NCBI GenBank assembly: GCA_051294375.1
Contig: CM119265.1
Span: 10,743,042-10,807,041 of the forward strand
Reading direction: 5' to 3'
From: Paraspadella gotoi
Lineage: Eukaryota; Animalia; Chaetognatha
DNA: 64,000 nt
Shown here: positions 60,692-64,000 of the stretch, piece after piece
How the letters are laid out: the number at the start of each line of letters is the position of its first letter
How positions within the stretch are numbered: the first letter of the stretch is position 1
Program-made: the position numbers and the translations under genes
The notes under the pieces: model-generated
The model's input: only the letters and a program-made list of their open reading frames with translations
Database searches by the model: none
Told to the model about the DNA's origin: nothing

Positions 60692-63547
60692 CAGATCCCG
60701 ACTCTAGAATTCACTCTGTCGGTCCGTCGGTCCGCCCCCTCGATATTGTCGGGCACTCACTTATATCATGTCAGAACATCGAATTATGATAAATTATGCA
60801 AAAAAACGATGTCCATTCGTCCGTCTGTCTGTCCGTCCGTCCCACCTTAGCAAAAAACACCAATTACTCGTGATTGGATGGATGGATTGGAATGAAATTT
60901 TGTTTTTTGCTAAGGGGGGACGGACAGACGGATGGATGGACGAACGGACATCACTTTTTTTGCATAATTTATCATAATTCGAGGTTCTGATATGATAATA
61001 ATGATTTACCGACAATATTTTGGGGTGGGACCGACAAAGTGAATTATGAGTTTAAATGGAAAAAATATAATAAATAAATAAATAAATACTATAGTAGAAA
61101 TAATTACAAATAAAGTACAAATAATTTTTTTTATTATTTTTTTACTTGCATCAATTTTTCAACTTGCATCAATTTTTCAACTTCCATCAATTTTTCAACT
61201 TGCAACATTTTTTTAAATCGCATACTTTTTTCAACTTGTATACTTTTTTCAACTTGCATCATTTTTAAAATTTTCATAATTGTTTTAACTCATATCATTT
61301 TTTTAACTCGCATCATTTTTCAAATTTGCATCATTTTTTCAACTAGCATAATTTTTTTAACTTGTTTCTTTTTTTTTTTAACTTGCATCATTTTTTTAAC
61401 TCGCATCATTCTTTCAACTTGCATCATTCTTTCAACTTGCATCATTCTTTCAACTTGCAACAATCTTTCAACTTGCATTATTCTTTCAATTTGCAACAAT
61501 CTTTCAACTCGCATCATTTTTTCAATATGCATAATTTTTAAATGAGTTTAGGGAGAGACTTGAGCAAGCTTTTCGGATTTGGGAGTTTCAGGTATTTGAA
61601 GTGTGAATATGACTTGTTTTTATCAGGTAAAATAAAAACAGATACAACACCTCCTTTGTTTCAGCTTAAATTATACTTATTCTGTTATCTTTTCCTTTTT
61701 TTAAGTTCATTTATAATTGATAGTGCGCTTGCAGGATTTGAGTGTATATGAGAGATTCAAAATTTTTTAAGTAGATTCAGTTAATAATCAAATTTTAGGT
61801 GTCATCTTAATTAATACACAATTAAGTTGATATAAACGTCAGTTTCCAATCAATCCGACCATCCGTCCCACCTTACAAAAAGGCCCCAATAACTTCGATG
61901 TGATTGGCTGGTTGGATCGGAATAAGAACTTTGTGTAGTGGTAGGGAACTGTGTGATGAAGCTGGATATAAAGTTTCGCACGGAATGCGTGTGAGTGATA
62001 TGAGTTTAAATGAAAAAACATAAGTCGCATTTCTAAAATCTTTTTACTTATTTTAACCAAATAATACCCTAATTATCATAATTGGATGGATAGATTGAGT
62101 TCAAATTTTTTGGGTAGGATAAATGTGACGGATAGTAGGAAAATGAGTTTAAAGGAAAAAAATATGAGTCACATTAACTTGACTCTTTTACATTTATTTT
62201 AACCACTAAATAGATTGAGATGAATTTTGTGAGCGGGAAGGAAAGTTTGTGAAGAAAGCTAGATATAAGGTTGGAAACCGGAATNNNNNNNNNNNNNNNN
62301 NNNNNNNNNAATGGAAAAAACAAAAAACCTGTTTCACTAATTTTATTATGATTTTTTTTCCTTTATATTAAATGTGTTTGAGCTGCCTCGGTTTAATAAT
62401 ATCAAAATTGTTTATTTTGCTGATTCTCTTAGACGACGACCGAGAATCCAACGATGTTTTAAAATGTTTATTGATATTGATGCAATCGGCGATAGTTCAA
62501 GTTGTTTCAAAACAAAACATGATTTAAAAACGATAAAAACCTTTAAAAGCACAACCTTAAAATCAACGTGAAAACGTTCGACGTCGCGGCTTAAACGAGG
62601 CAACTGCCTCTGACTTTTCTTAAATTTCAACGTTAAAAATAACCCAGATATTTGCTTTCTTCTTCATATTAAATCGTTGTCGTTCGTCGTCGCGACGTTC
62701 CGTCGCGAATCAGGAAACTTGGACTTCGGATGTCGAAATCTCTGCCGTCGAACGTTGAGCCGTCCTGCCCTACGGCGACGCCGCGTTGCGCACCGCGAAC
62801 GCCAATACAAAATGTATATGCAGGAGTAATTAATAAATCAAATAATTAACAGTTAATTAATCAATTATCAATTAATTAATCATCTAATTAATTAATCAGT
62901 CAATCAATCCGACCATCCGTCCCACCTTAACAAAAAGGCCCCAATAACTCGTGATTGGCTGGTTGGATCGGAATGAAACTTTGTGTATGGTAGGAACATG
63001 TGTGATGAAGCTGGATATAAAGTTTCGACGGAATCGTGTGAAGTGGATATGAGTTTAAAATGAAAAAAAACATAAGTCGCATTTGCTAAAATCTTTTTAC
63101 TTATTTTAACCAATAAATACTCTAATTAATCATAATTGGATGGATAGATTGAGTTCAAATTTTGTGTGTGGTAGGAAAATGTGACGAAGCTTGATATAAA
63201 GTTTCGGTATGAGTGGAAAATGAGTTTAAAGGAAAAAAATATGAGTCACATTTACTTGACTCTTTTTACTTATTTTAACCCATAATAGATTGAGATGAAA
63301 TTTTGTGAGCGGGAAGGAAAGTTTGTGAAGAAAGCTAGATATAAAGTTTTGACGGAATTGTGCAAGTGGAAATGAGTTTAAATGAAAAAATATAAGTCAC
63401 GTTTACTTTATTTAAGGACATCGATGATGATAAGCTGTATATAATTTATAATTAATTATTAAATATTAAAATTAATTAATTAATTAATCGATTAATTAAT
63501 TAATTAATTTTCGTAGGCAGATCCGACATTGTTTCCTCAAACTTGTT
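60692..63547. mobile_element. Cluster of HINE-related pieces (partly duplicated across the 25-N gap), including a diverged 18-bp satellite at 61140-61540
   Basis: Body motifs at 60692-61060, 61850-62280 and 62900-63400. 3' subTIR/hairpin at 63516-63547. Satellite unit TTGCATCATTCTTTCAAC. Confidence 0.65.
62375..62825 (-). CDS. Possible ANK/PH3 exons of ARAP copy C, frameshifted
   Basis: GC-rich. Fragments LAFAV (cf. copy B LLAFAV), KVRGSCLV..RD and NFDIIKP (cf. copy B LFEIKTP). Confidence 0.35.
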
Positions 63548-64000
63548 TCTTAACCTCCAGCCAGTGGCATGTAAGAGAATTGGCGGGCTACTCCACATTT
63601 TGGTTCGTCCTGAGCCTCCCAGTAAGCTAGGCTCATCCAACCCTCTACAATTAACAATAGAAGTTAAAAAAAAAAAAGGTTTTCATTGATTGGGACTTTT
63701 AAAAATGACATATTACATTTTATATCATTCAAAGACCCCAAGAGCTTTTCCAGGACCCCCCTTTGCTTTGTGGAAGGTTTCTAACCCCTCGATACACCCC
63801 TGCCCCCACCATTTCCAGAGTGAGTATACTTTTTACAATTATAAACTACAAGCCTGAACCTTCTTATATTTTACCTTATTTCCTGACAGCCTTACAAGAC
63901 TAGTATAAAACAACTTATGCCCCACTAACTTTAATTTATATAAAATCTAGCATTTATATGGTGGCTTTTATCCGAAAAGACTTTTTATTACCTCTAACTA

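Overview
AT-rich animal genomic DNA with short GT-AG introns and CpG-rich exons. The (AATT)n-rich introns suggest a non-bilaterian such as a sponge, but that is only an impression. The first ~21 kb is an error-rich, partly redundant gap-filled assembly (two exact 25-N gaps here and a third at 62.3 kb, plus two large gaps). It contains the 3' exons of an unidentified + strand gene, frameshifted pieces of NDOR1 and cathepsin D, miniature DIRS (tyrosine-recombinase) elements and a LINE remnant. From 22.7 kb onward the minus strand carries a tandem array of ARAP/centaurin-delta-like genes (PH-PH-ArfGAP-ANK-PH-PH-RhoGAP-RA-PH): two near-complete copies and part of a third. The two full copies appear to have lost opposite catalytic sites. 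Introns hold Helentron-type HINE elements with 18-bp satellites, Tc1-derived elements and about ten minimal Penelope-type hammerhead motifs. The most striking item is a 654-bp non-coding LTR element (26724-27377) with a 4-bp TSD, a tRNA-Trp-like PBS and a PPT. Each of its LTRs carries a tRNA-like Pol III head followed by a type-P5 twister ribozyme fold. A divergent sister LTR at 8284-8526 shows compensatory base changes in the same fold. This looks like a twister-based LTR retrozyme predicted to release a 420-nt unit RNA. All calls are by eye; no searches were run.
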